DNA from: Candidatus Undinarchaeales archaeon
GTDB taxonomy: Archaea; SpSt-1190; JASMDC01
Length of the DNA stretch: 64,000 bases
Direction of reading: 5' to 3'
Assembly (NCBI GenBank): GCA_030753015.1
Contig: JASMDC010000001.1
Location: 165,467 to 229,466, forward strand
The notes below the pieces were generated by a model. The model saw nothing but the letters and a program-made list of their open reading frames with translations. It searched no databases and had not been told where the DNA came from. Below are positions 48,229-57,751 of the stretch, one piece after another. Position 1 is the first letter of the stretch, and every line of letters begins with the position of its first letter. Made by a program: the position numbers and the translations under genes.

Positions 48229-48957
48229 ATGTCGATGACGAGGATAGGGTTCGTGGTACTTGCGCTCCTACTCGTCATGGTCTCGTCCCTCGACATCCTC
48301 AACCTCGTCGTTGAGGAAACCGAGCAGTCAGGATGTCGGGGGGAGAAGATCAGCGTCGTAGCCAAGTACGAGAGCCTTCTCAAGGATCCGGCCATCTTTG
48401 TCGTCAAGCTCGATGATCCCCACGGTTTCTATCAGAAGAAGAATCCCTACAAGGTGTCCTTGGGGGCCGCTGAGTACGTGGACCATCGGTACGAGCTCAC
48501 ACCCCCCGTGGGGCTCGATCCGGGCCGGTACGAGCTTCCTCTCGTGGCATACCCTGCCATTTCCCCCCAGTTCACCGTTAAGCGGGAGATCGTCATCGTC
48601 GTGAAGGACTGCGTTGCCGAAGGGGCGACGGCGAGCGTGGAACCGTCAGAAGGCCCCGAGGCCAGCAGTGCCGCGACCGCGACGGCCACCGCAACGGCGG
48701 GTGGTGGCGGGGACGACCAGGGAGGCTCAAGCATGACATCCCTCATCGGGATCGTGCTGGCCATCATCGTGCTCGTCATGGGATTGACACTCTTCACCAG
48801 GAGCCGGGCGATCGCACAACAGGCCGCCCTCCAGCAGCAGCAACAAGCGGCCAGCATGGCCCAGGCCGGCTACTACGGATACCAGTACCCGGCGTACCAG
48901 GGGAGCTCGTACTACGCGGGCCGTGGCGGGTATGCGAACGTGTACGGCCGGTACTGA
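48229..48957 (+). CDS. Type I membrane protein with Gln/Tyr-rich tail
   Basis: Signal peptide, Ig-like domain, S/T/A linker, TM, QQQQQ...GYYGYQYPAYQGSSYY tail. Confidence 0.7.
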   Translation: MSMTRIGFVVLALLLVMVSSLDILNLVVEETEQSGCRGEKISVVAKYESLLKDPAIFVVKLDDPHGFYQKKNPYKVSLGAAEYVDHRYELTPPVGLDPGRYELPLVAYPAISPQFTVKREIVIVVKDCVAEGATASVEPSEGPEASSAATATATATAGGGGDDQGGSSMTSLIGIVLAIIVLVMGLTLFTRSRAIAQQAALQQQQQAASMAQAGYYGYQYPAYQGSSYYAGRGGYANVYGRY

Positions 48958-48996
48958 GCCAAACGGTTATAAGCCGGGACATCATTCTAATCCCTC

Positions 48997-49626
48997 GTGA
49001 TCGTCATCTTCGACCTCGACGGCACGCTCACCGCTGGCCGACTGAACCTCGACGGCATCAAACGCGAGATGGACGAAATCTTCTCAGAGCGCGGTGTGGA
49101 CGTGTCGGACGAGTTCGGCATCGTGGAGAAGATCGCACTGGGCGCCGCTGCACTGGGTGATCCCGAGCTCGGTCGCACGCTCTGTGCACGGCTGGAAGAG
49201 GAGGAGGTGGCCGCTGCGGACAACGCCAAGTCGCTCCCTGGCACGCGTGGGGCGCTGGAAGAACTCCGCTACCGGGGCCTGCGTATGGCCGTGCTCTCCC
49301 GTAACTGCCGTTCTGCGGTGGACCGGAGCCTCGAGCGGCTGGACCTGAGCACCTTCTTCGAGAGCGTGATCACACGGGAGGACGCTCCTCCCAAGCCGCT
49401 CCCCGACGGCGTCGAGCTCATCATCGGCACCCTGGGCGGCGGACCTGCAGTGATGGTGGGGGACAGCACCCTTGACATAATGGCCGGGCGCAATGCGGGG
49501 ATCACGACGATCGGAGTGCTCTCAGGCTACGCTTCGCGCAAGGATCTAGAGGCCTCCGGTGCCGACCACATAATCGACGATGTATCCCAGCTGCCTGCCC
49601 TGCTGGTGCGACTGAAAGGTAGATGA
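48997..49626 (+). CDS. HAD family phosphatase (phosphoglycolate phosphatase-like)
   Basis: FDLDGTL, LSRN, PKP.PDG and VGDSTLD motifs. Confidence 0.9.
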   Translation: MIVIFDLDGTLTAGRLNLDGIKREMDEIFSERGVDVSDEFGIVEKIALGAAALGDPELGRTLCARLEEEEVAAADNAKSLPGTRGALEELRYRGLRMAVLSRNCRSAVDRSLERLDLSTFFESVITREDAPPKPLPDGVELIIGTLGGGPAVMVGDSTLDIMAGRNAGITTIGVLSGYASRKDLEASGADHIIDDVSQLPALLVRLKGR

Positions 49627-49682
49627 GGCGCCCATCGACCCCACAAGAACCCTTAAAACCTTTGGTAAAATGACGTGCCGTC

Positions 49683-50576
49683 ATGATCCCCGAGATCGTT
49701 CACGGTTCAGAGCGCCTCAAGCGAGGCTTTGCGAAGATGCAGAAGGGCGGCGTCATCATGGACGTCACCAACGCCGAGCAGGCCCTGGTTGCAGAGCAGG
49801 CTGGTGCCGTCGCTGTCATGGCGCTCGAGCGCGTGCCCGCGGACGTGCGGGCGGAGGGCGGAGTCGCGCGGATGCCCGATCCTGCAAAGGTCGAGGCCAT
49901 CGTCAAAGCCGTGACCATCCCCGTCATGGCGAAGTGCCGCATCGGCCACTTCGTCGAGGCGCAGATCCTCGAGACGCTCGGAGTGGACATGATCGACGAG
50001 TCCGAGGTGCTCACTCCCGCGGATATGAACAACCACGTGGATAAGTCCGGTTTCACCGTGCCGTTCGTATGTGGCGCCCGTGATCTGGGCGAGGCCCTCC
50101 GGCGCATCAACGAGGGCGCGGCAATGATCCGAACCAAGGGCGAGGCAGGCACCGGTAACGTTGTCGAGGCCGTACGGCACACACGCCAGATAGCCGATGA
50201 GATCCGGGCGCTGGGCGGACAGGACAACGAGTTCCTGGCCCGAAAGGCCCGTGAGTACGGCGTCCCCATCTCCCTGGTGAAGGAGACGGCCAAGCTCGGC
50301 CGGCTCCCCGTTGTCAACTTCGCTGCAGGCGGCATCGCCACACCTGCAGACGCTGCACTGATGATGCAGATGGGCGGCGACGGCGTGTTCGTGGGGAGCG
50401 GTATCTTCAAGTCCTCCGATCCCCCGCGGTTCGCCCGGGCCATCGTGGAGGCCGTGAACCACTTCGACGAGCCTGCAGAGATCGCCAAGGCTGCCAAGGG
50501 GCTCGGCGAGCCCATGAAGGGTATCGAGATGGCCACGCTCTCCGATGACGAGCGGCTTCAGGCGCGGGGCGTCTGA
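49683..50576 (+). CDS. pdxS: Pyridoxal 5'-phosphate synthase lyase subunit
   Basis: [35 protein letters not shown] and [13 protein letters not shown] motifs. Confidence 0.97.
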   Translation: MIPEIVHGSERLKRGFAKMQKGGVIMDVTNAEQALVAEQAGAVAVMALERVPADVRAEGGVARMPDPAKVEAIVKAVTIPVMAKCRIGHFVEAQILETLGVDMIDESEVLTPADMNNHVDKSGFTVPFVCGARDLGEALRRINEGAAMIRTKGEAGTGNVVEAVRHTRQIADEIRALGGQDNEFLARKAREYGVPISLVKETAKLGRLPVVNFAAGGIATPADAALMMQMGGDGVFVGSGIFKSSDPPRFARAIVEAVNHFDEPAEIAKAAKGLGEPMKGIEMATLSDDERLQARGV

Positions 50577-50580
50577 AGGC

Positions 50581-51189
50581 ATGCGCATCGGTGTCGTCGG
50601 GCTCCAAGGCGCTGTCTCGGAACACATCGCTATGGCCGAGCAGGCCCTCAGTGAAGAGGGCATCGAAGGCGAGGTGTTCTGGCTGCGCACACGTGTCGAG
50701 CTCGATGACATCACCGGTGTGATACTCCCTGGTGGCGAATCCACGACCATCTCAGACCTCCTCCAGGAGCGGGATATGTTCGGCCCGCTTGCGGAATTAG
50801 GCCGGACCGGTCTCCCCATCATGGGCACCTGCGCGGGCCTCATCATAATCTCGGCCTCGGGCGGTGAACAAGTGGCGCACACGGGACAGCCGCTCATGGG
50901 GCTTTTGGAGGTCGAGGTGAACCGGAACGCCTTCGGCCGCCAGCGCGAGAGCTTCGAGGCCGAGCTGGAGCTCGAGGGCGTGGGCACCTACCATGGTGTG
51001 TTCATCCGCGCACCCGCCGTGGAGAGAATGTGGGGCGACACCCGGTCCCTGGCAACGTTCGACGGTCGCATCGTGGCCGTCCAGCGCAAGAACGTCCTGG
51101 GACTTGCCTTTCACCCCGAACTCACCGATGATACCCGCATCCACCGCCTGTTCTGCCGCATGTGCAAGGAATACGCATTTAATGGATGA
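50581..51189 (+). CDS. pdxT: Pyridoxal 5'-phosphate synthase glutaminase subunit
   Basis: GLQGAVSEH, PGGESTT, GTCAGLI, RNAFGRQRESFE and FHPELT motifs; ATG at 50581. Confidence 0.97.
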   Translation: MRIGVVGLQGAVSEHIAMAEQALSEEGIEGEVFWLRTRVELDDITGVILPGGESTTISDLLQERDMFGPLAELGRTGLPIMGTCAGLIIISASGGEQVAHTGQPLMGLLEVEVNRNAFGRQRESFEAELELEGVGTYHGVFIRAPAVERMWGDTRSLATFDGRIVAVQRKNVLGLAFHPELTDDTRIHRLFCRMCKEYAFNG

Positions 51190-51204
51190 ACCAGGCTGTA
51201 TTAG

Positions 51205-51900
51205 GTGACCATGCGTTCTGCCACGGTGCTCGCCCTTCTCCTGGCCACGTTGCTCCTCGCCGGCTGCATCACGCCGACGGCCGAACGCCCTCCCGATCCG
51301 GAAATGCTCGAGTGCGGCCTGGAAGAGAAAGGTCCGGAGCGTGACCGATGCCTGGCCAGGCTCGCCCCCTACACGGCGTGGGACGATGCGGACCAGGCAC
51401 TGTCGATGTGCCGCGACATCAGTGATAGCGGCCGCCGGGACGGGTGTCTGCGACTGACCGCCATCGAGGTCGCCAAGAACGAGCCCGAGAAAGGGATGAC
51501 CGCGTGCCGATCGCTTACCGACGAGGGCCGGCGGTCGATGTGCCTGAACCGGCTCCTCCCATGGATCGACACGGAATCACGCGTGCACGTCCTCATCGAG
51601 ACCCGCCCTCTGGTGGCAGGAGCTATCGGTGTGGTGATCTTCGGTATCTTTGTCCTCTTCGTATTCCTCTTCTTCAAGTTCCGCCAGGTCGAGACGCCCC
51701 ATGTTGTCGAGGACGAGCCGGAGACCAACCTCGCCACCTATGAATCCTACTATGCGAACATGTACGCCCAGTCGTACTATGCTCCGCCCCCGCCGCCCCC
51801 ACCCGTCCAGGAGGAGAGACCCGTGGAGGAGCGGCTGGAGAAGGTGAGAATGCTGGACGATGACGGGAACGTGGTCGAGGTCTATCTCGAGAACGATTGA
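51205..51900 (+). CDS. Lipoprotein-like protein with paired-Cys helical repeats, TM and Tyr/Pro-rich tail
   Basis: LLAGC lipobox; C...RDxC repeats three times; TM; YESYYANMYAQSYYAPPPPPPP. Confidence 0.7.
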   Translation: MTMRSATVLALLLATLLLAGCITPTAERPPDPEMLECGLEEKGPERDRCLARLAPYTAWDDADQALSMCRDISDSGRRDGCLRLTAIEVAKNEPEKGMTACRSLTDEGRRSMCLNRLLPWIDTESRVHVLIETRPLVAGAIGVVIFGIFVLFVFLFFKFRQVETPHVVEDEPETNLATYESYYANMYAQSYYAPPPPPPPVQEERPVEERLEKVRMLDDDGNVVEVYLEND

Positions 51901-51932
51901 GCGCTCTACCGCGACTCGAACAGCTATAAAGT

Positions 51933-53498
51933 TTGGTGTCGTCCATGGCCCCCGTGTTCTTGTTCTCGGTCTCGCAGATCAAGGGCTCGACGGTCGAGTA
52001 CGGGCTCCTCTATCTCCTACTTCTCATGCTCCTCCCGCTTCTCGTCCCTTCGCTCCACATCATGGTCAGGCGGATCAGGCGCACACGTGACCGCACCCGC
52101 AAGATAGTCCTCGCCGCAACGGTCATCGCCCTGCTCCTTCGGCTCTCCCTCGATCCATTCCGGCCGATGGTGTTCTTCGACGAGTGGCAGTACGCCGAGG
52201 TGGCCAAGTTCCTCCTCCTCGACCACAGGGGTGTCATCTGTGCACAGGGGAGCGCGGCACAGTGCAACATCTACTGGCACATGTCGGACTCGGCGGGGTA
52301 TCCGATGCTCGTGGCAATGGCGACCGGGGCGATAGGGCCATTGGGCGGTGGCGAGTGGGTGTCGCTCGCGCTGTCCGTGCTCACAGTCCCCCTTCTCTTT
52401 GTCGTCGGACTCTTCATGCTCCGCGACGAGGACGCTGCTGCTGCTGCCGCCGTGCTCTTGTCGCTCCTCCCGCTCCACGTGACGTACGCCACCACCCGCT
52501 CGTCTGACGCGACCTCTCTCTTCTTCATCACCCTGGTGTTCGCTCTCCTCGGGGCGTACCGCTCCACAGGCTCGCGACGGGCCTTCTGGGCCAGTGTGCT
52601 AGCCCTCGCCTATGCCGGGGCGGTCCGCACGGAGAACCTCATCCTCCTTGCCCCGGCGCTCCTCTTCATATCCCTCGGTCCATCGCGGAAGACGGCCGCC
52701 CTTGTGATCGTGCCCCTGGCGGTCACCCTGCTGGCCGCGCCCTCCGTCCTGGCCAAGACCGGCATGGTCTCCTTCGGCGGCTACGCCGGCCAGAACATCA
52801 CCCTACAGGCCCGTTGGTGGATCGGTGAAGCGCACCACAGCCCCGTCCTCTTCCTCCTGGCGCTGGCAGGGCTGGCCTGGCTCAAGGGATCCGGCCGCCG
52901 CCTCCTGTTCATCACATGGTTCATCGTGTTCATAGCACTGTTCACCGTCCAGGACATCTACCTCGGAGAGGGCGACCAGGACCGCCACATGCTCCCCAGC
53001 TACCTGCCCTTCCTGCTCCTGGCGGGGATGGGTGGCGTCGAACTGGCACGTCGGTACCCTGTCGTGGCGCTCGCTCTGGGCGCGGTGCTCCTCTGGCAGA
53101 CGTCGGCGCTCTACGGTTTCTGCCAGGGATGCGACCGCCCTATCGTCCGCGAGGCGGCCTTCGCCGAGCAGTTCAGGGACCAGGTGTCGACCGGGTGCAT
53201 GGTCGTGACCCAGGTGCCGTTCTTCGTCAACAACGCATGGGAGCGGCGCGTGGTCCACGTCTCGCTCATCGACGAGATCCGCGACTACGTTCGGAACGGG
53301 ACCTGCCTGTACTTCTACGAGAACGTGTTCTGCGATGAAGCACACCTCTACCAGTACCCGGAGAGAGCCCGGTCGTGCAGACGCATGCACGCCGACTACA
53401 TCCTCAGGACCGTCCATGAGGAGCCAGGGCTCGACTACTCGCTTGCTCTGTACGAGGTCGTGGGCTTCCGCGAAGGGAGCTCGCCCAAACCTGTTTAA
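51933..53498 (+). CDS. GT-C fold membrane glycosyltransferase (PMT/ArnT-like)
   Basis: FFDEWQY acidic loop, GYPML, PLHVTYA, RTEN and DRHMLP motifs; more than 10 TM segments. Confidence 0.75.
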   Translation: MVSSMAPVFLFSVSQIKGSTVEYGLLYLLLLMLLPLLVPSLHIMVRRIRRTRDRTRKIVLAATVIALLLRLSLDPFRPMVFFDEWQYAEVAKFLLLDHRGVICAQGSAAQCNIYWHMSDSAGYPMLVAMATGAIGPLGGGEWVSLALSVLTVPLLFVVGLFMLRDEDAAAAAAVLLSLLPLHVTYATTRSSDATSLFFITLVFALLGAYRSTGSRRAFWASVLALAYAGAVRTENLILLAPALLFISLGPSRKTAALVIVPLAVTLLAAPSVLAKTGMVSFGGYAGQNITLQARWWIGEAHHSPVLFLLALAGLAWLKGSGRRLLFITWFIVFIALFTVQDIYLGEGDQDRHMLPSYLPFLLLAGMGGVELARRYPVVALALGAVLLWQTSALYGFCQGCDRPIVREAAFAEQFRDQVSTGCMVVTQVPFFVNNAWERRVVHVSLIDEIRDYVRNGTCLYFYENVFCDEAHLYQYPERARSCRRMHADYILRTVHEEPGLDYSLALYEVVGFREGSSPKPV

Positions 53499-53522
53499 AG
53501 CTGTCCGCGGGACGGCCTGGGC

Positions 53523-54350
53523 ATGGACCGCCTGCTCTTCGGCACCGCCGGCAGCCCCATTTCCTCCCGCGTCCGGACCCGGGCGGCAGGTCTCGACCGG
53601 CTCGTCGAGCTCGGGCTGGACGGGATGGAGCTGGAGTTCGTCCGGGGCGTGCGGATGGCCGAAGACCCCGAGGCAGTGCGCGAGCAGGCACAGCGGCTCG
53701 GGCTGACCCTCACGGCACACGGCCCCTATTATATCAACCTGTTCTCATTGGACCCGGCGAAGACGAGCGCGTCTGTGGAGCGGGTATTGGCCACCGCTCG
53801 TACGGCCCATACCTGTGGCGCGTTCTCGTGCACCTTCCACGCCGCCTTCTACCAGGGGCGGCCGGCCGATGTGGTGTACGCGGCGGTGCGCGACCGGTTG
53901 AAGGGCATCGTACGCGTCCTCCAGGACGAGGGCAATCCCATCTGGGTCCGCCCCGAGACCACGGGCAAGCCGTCGCAGTTCGCGGGGCTGGAGGAGCTGT
54001 TATCCCTCAGTGCGGAGATAGAGCAGGTGCGGCCAACCATCGACTGGTCCCACCTCCACGCCAGGAGCGGTGGGAAGGTCAACACATCCGAGGAGTTCCG
54101 CACCGTCCTGGACCGTGTGGAGGACGTGCTCGGGAAAGAGGGGCTGCAGGACATGCACATGCACGTGGCGGGCATCGAGTACACCGACAAGGGCGAGCGT
54201 CGTCACTTGGACCTGGTAGACTCGGACCTGTGCTGGCGCGAGCTCCTCTCGGTGATGAAGGAGTACAACGTCACGGGGATGCTCATCTGCGAGAGCCCCA
54301 GTATCGAGGGGGACGCGTTGAAGCTGCGGGACGCCTTCAGAACCCTCTGA
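53523..54350 (+). CDS. Endonuclease IV-like TIM-barrel protein (archaeal type)
   Basis: FGTAG, ELEFVRGV, HGPYYINL, FH, PETTGK, IDWSHLHAR, H.H..GI and ICESP motifs. Confidence 0.88.
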   Translation: MDRLLFGTAGSPISSRVRTRAAGLDRLVELGLDGMELEFVRGVRMAEDPEAVREQAQRLGLTLTAHGPYYINLFSLDPAKTSASVERVLATARTAHTCGAFSCTFHAAFYQGRPADVVYAAVRDRLKGIVRVLQDEGNPIWVRPETTGKPSQFAGLEELLSLSAEIEQVRPTIDWSHLHARSGGKVNTSEEFRTVLDRVEDVLGKEGLQDMHMHVAGIEYTDKGERRHLDLVDSDLCWRELLSVMKEYNVTGMLICESPSIEGDALKLRDAFRTL

Positions 54351-54353
54351 GGT

Positions 54354-56036
54354 CTACAGTCGCCTGAGCACTTCGTCGACGACCTGCGTGGATGTCTGGC
54401 CCGAGGTACCGTGGTCGACCTCCTTTACGAGCTCCTCCATCCGGTCGAGGCTCAGGCTCTTGGCGTGGGCGGCCTCCATGAGCCTGATGGTGTTGTCCGC
54501 CACGGTGGTGCCGGTGTCGCCACCTGTGTCCTCGTACCGGTCCACGTTCCACATCAGGTCGGTGACGTCGTCCTCGGAGTCGCCGTAGGCCTTCATGGCG
54601 TCCATGAGCTTGACCGTCTCGGCCACGACCTCGGCGCCGGTCTGGCCTCCGGTGTTCTCCCACCGGTCCACGGCGTACATGATGTCGGTGGCGTCGTCCT
54701 CTGACAGACCGTTCCGCTTCATGGCGTCCATGAGCTTCACGGCACCGTCCACGACCGATGCCCCCGTGTCACCGCCGCTGTCGTTGTACCTGTCGATGGC
54801 CCACATGATGTCCGTGGCCTCGCTCTTGGACACACCGTTCCGGTGCATTGCGTTCATGAGCTTCACGGTCTCGGTCACTACCTCGGCGCCGGTCTGGCCA
54901 CCCGTGTCCTCGTACCGGTCGACGGCCCACATAAGGTCGGTGGCCTCGTCCTCGCTGACACCGTTCTCGTGCATGCCCTTGGCGATGCGGAGGGCGTCGG
55001 CGACGACCTCGGTGGCAGTCTGTCCGCCGGTGTCGTTGTAACGGTCCACGCCCCACATGATGTCCGAGAGGTCGCTCCGGGACACGCTGTAGGCCTTCAT
55101 GCCCGCGATGAGCTTGACCGTGTTGGCTGCGAGGATGTCGGCGGTGTCATCACCTGTGTCCTCGAACCGGTCCACGTCGTAGATGACGTCTTTAACGTCG
55201 TCGATGGAGATGTCGTGCTCATTGGCCGCGTCGACCACTTGGGAGGTGGCCTTGGCCAGCGCAATGGCCCCGTCGGAGCCGGTGTCCTTGTGGTAGTCGA
55301 GGGTCGAGAGCACCTGCCCTACCTGGTCGATGGGGATGCCTGTGGCTGCGCTCGTGTTGCCCAGCACGCTCACCGCCTCGATGAGCTCGGTGCTGGTAGG
55401 AGTGGTGTCGGCGTACTTGGCGACATTGCCGATCAGCCCGGCCACGTCCTTGGGCGTGGGGATGTGATCTTCCTGCACCAACCTGCCGATGAGCTCGCGG
55501 GAGAATACCGTCGCCTCTTCGGCGGATGCGATCTTCGACGCATTGCTGGTGATGGCCTCGACGATGACCTGCTGGCCCACCTCGGTGTAGGACGTGGTGA
55601 GCACATCCATCGCTTCGCCGGCGGTCATGTACCCGATGGCACTGTCAACGTCCATGCCCTTGTCCATGCAGTAGTCGAGGAGGAAGTCGGTGTGGCTGCC
55701 CGTGTAGCCGTGCTCCGTGGCGGCCTCGAGCACCTTGTCCGCCGTCCGCGCGAGCTCTGCGGGATCGTCGTCGATAGCGAACGAGCCCGCGATCCGGCGC
55801 ATGACGTACTCGGCCTGGTCCGGCGAGACCGCGTCGTACTTCCCGGCCACCTGCTCGGCCTCGGCGTCCATGTCGTTGCCGTGCTCAGCTATCTTGATGA
55901 GCCCGAACAGCCCGAACCCCAGCGCTGTCAGGACTACTCCTGCCTTGTTCTTGGATGAGAGATCCTCGGCCTGGGCGTAACCCTCGGCAGTATCGGCATG
56001 TCCGTAGGCACCGTCAAGGTCGAGGTCGTACGTCAT
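54354..56036 (-). CDS. Repeat-protein paralog 4 (560 aa; 7 repeats of 42 aa, loop DR[YFW][EN]DTGG)
   Basis: Shared N-terminus YDLDLDGAYG...EDLSxKNKAG + hydrophobic segment + GSFAIDDDPAELA + LLDYCxDKGM. Confidence 0.85.
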   Translation of the reverse strand: MTYDLDLDGAYGHADTAEGYAQAEDLSSKNKAGVVLTALGFGLFGLIKIAEHGNDMDAEAEQVAGKYDAVSPDQAEYVMRRIAGSFAIDDDPAELARTADKVLEAATEHGYTGSHTDFLLDYCMDKGMDVDSAIGYMTAGEAMDVLTTSYTEVGQQVIVEAITSNASKIASAEEATVFSRELIGRLVQEDHIPTPKDVAGLIGNVAKYADTTPTSTELIEAVSVLGNTSAATGIPIDQVGQVLSTLDYHKDTGSDGAIALAKATSQVVDAANEHDISIDDVKDVIYDVDRFEDTGDDTADILAANTVKLIAGMKAYSVSRSDLSDIMWGVDRYNDTGGQTATEVVADALRIAKGMHENGVSEDEATDLMWAVDRYEDTGGQTGAEVVTETVKLMNAMHRNGVSKSEATDIMWAIDRYNDSGGDTGASVVDGAVKLMDAMKRNGLSEDDATDIMYAVDRWENTGGQTGAEVVAETVKLMDAMKAYGDSEDDVTDLMWNVDRYEDTGGDTGTTVADNTIRLMEAAHAKSLSLDRMEELVKEVDHGTSGQTSTQVVDEVLRRL

Positions 56037-56059
56037 CGTTCGTCTTCTCTCCGTGGGAC

Positions 56060-57751
56060 CTACTTCAGTGCCTTGAGTACTTCATCTACAAGTTTGCTTG
56101 TCGACTGGTTATTGGCGACCTGGTCTGCCTGGTTCAGGTGCTCCACCATCTTGGACCGTGAGATGCCCTTCTCATGCATGGCCTTGAGCAATCGAACGGT
56201 GTTGTCCACGAGCACGGTACCGGTATCGCCGCCAGTGTCCTCGTACTGGTCCAGGTTGGATATGAGGTTCACTGTGTCTGAACGGGATGTAGTGTACTTC
56301 TGCATGGCGTCCATGAGCTTGAGGCTCTCGGTCACCAGCTCTGTGCCGGTCTGGCCTCCCACGTCCTCGTACTGGTCCACGGCGTTCATGATGTTGACCG
56401 CGTCGGAGCGCGAGACGCCGTATTGCTTCATGCCTTCCATGAGCCGGAGGGACTCGGTCACCAGTGAGGTACCGGTCTGGCCACCCACGTCGTCGTACTG
56501 GTCCACAACGTTCATGATGCTGACGGCATCGGAGCGCGATATGCCATACTGCTTGATCCCCTCCATCAGGCGGAGGGATTCGGTCACCAGCTCGGTACAG
56601 GTCTGGCCTCCTACGTCCTCGTAGGAGTCCACGACGTTCATGATGTTGACCGCGTCGGAGCGCGAGATACCGTACTTCTTCATGCCCTCCATGAGCCGCA
56701 CGCTTTCCTGGACGAGGGTGGTACCGCTGACGCTGCCCACGTCCTCGTAGGAATCCACGACACTCATGATGTTGACCGCGTCGGAGCGGGATACGTCATT
56801 TTCATCCATCCCCTTCATGAGGGCACTGACGTTCTCGGCCAGGGAAGAGGCCGTGTCGGAACCAAGGTCCTCGTACTGATCAATATTGATGATGAGGGCA
56901 CGGGCATCCCCGGGGGACACGCCGTTCTCGTGAGCCGCGTCCATGACCTTGACGGTGTTCTCCACGAGAGAGCCTGCACCGTCCGTGCCGGCGTCCTTGT
57001 AACCGTCGAGGGTCGTGAGAACGTTGACCGCCTCGCTGAGGGTGAAACCGTCCCGGGCGCCGGCAGCACCCAGGGTAGTGACCGCCTCGATGAGCTCGGA
57101 GCTGGAGGGCTTGACGTCGGCGTAGCGAGCGACATTGGATATGAGGTCCGCCATGTTCTGGGGTGTCTGGAGGTAGTCCTGCTGGACCATCTTGTCGATG
57201 AGCTTGTGCGAGAAGGCGGTGGCGTCCTCCAGGGAGTCCACCTTGGAAGCACTGCGGGTGATGGCGTCGGTGATGATCTTTTCACCAGCCTCCATGTAGG
57301 TGGAGTGGAGCACTTCCATGGGCACGTCTGCCGTCATGTAGGCGACAGCCTCGTCCACGGACATGCCCTTGTCCATTGCATAGTCGAGGAGGAATGTGAC
57401 GTGGTTGCCCGAGTAGCCGTGGTCGGTGAACGTCGAGAAGAGCTCGTCGGTCCGCTGGGCCAGCTCGGCAGGATTATCGTCGATGGCGAAGGAGCCGGAG
57501 ATGCGGCGCATGACGTACTCGGCCTGGTCAGGTGTGACCTTGTCATACTGAGAAGCGATCCCCTCGGCCTCAGCGTCCATCTCGTTGCCGTGCTGGGCGA
57601 ACTTGATGAGCCCGAAAAGACCAAAACCGATGGCGCCCAGGACAACGCCTGCCTTGTTCTTGGAGGAGAGGTCCTCGGTCTGAGCGTAGCCGTCGGCAGC
57701 ATCTGCCCGTCCGTAGGCACCGTCCAGGTCGAGGTCGTACACCATGGTCAC
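56060..57751 (-). CDS. Repeat-protein paralog 3 (563 aa; 7 repeats of 42 aa, loop D[SQ]YEDVGG)
   Basis: Same N-terminal module; repeats such as DSYEDVGGQTCTELVTESLRLMEGIKQYGISRSDAVSIMNVV. Confidence 0.85.
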   Translation of the reverse strand: MTMVYDLDLDGAYGRADAADGYAQTEDLSSKNKAGVVLGAIGFGLFGLIKFAQHGNEMDAEAEGIASQYDKVTPDQAEYVMRRISGSFAIDDNPAELAQRTDELFSTFTDHGYSGNHVTFLLDYAMDKGMSVDEAVAYMTADVPMEVLHSTYMEAGEKIITDAITRSASKVDSLEDATAFSHKLIDKMVQQDYLQTPQNMADLISNVARYADVKPSSSELIEAVTTLGAAGARDGFTLSEAVNVLTTLDGYKDAGTDGAGSLVENTVKVMDAAHENGVSPGDARALIINIDQYEDLGSDTASSLAENVSALMKGMDENDVSRSDAVNIMSVVDSYEDVGSVSGTTLVQESVRLMEGMKKYGISRSDAVNIMNVVDSYEDVGGQTCTELVTESLRLMEGIKQYGISRSDAVSIMNVVDQYDDVGGQTGTSLVTESLRLMEGMKQYGVSRSDAVNIMNAVDQYEDVGGQTGTELVTESLKLMDAMQKYTTSRSDTVNLISNLDQYEDTGGDTGTVLVDNTVRLLKAMHEKGISRSKMVEHLNQADQVANNQSTSKLVDEVLKALK

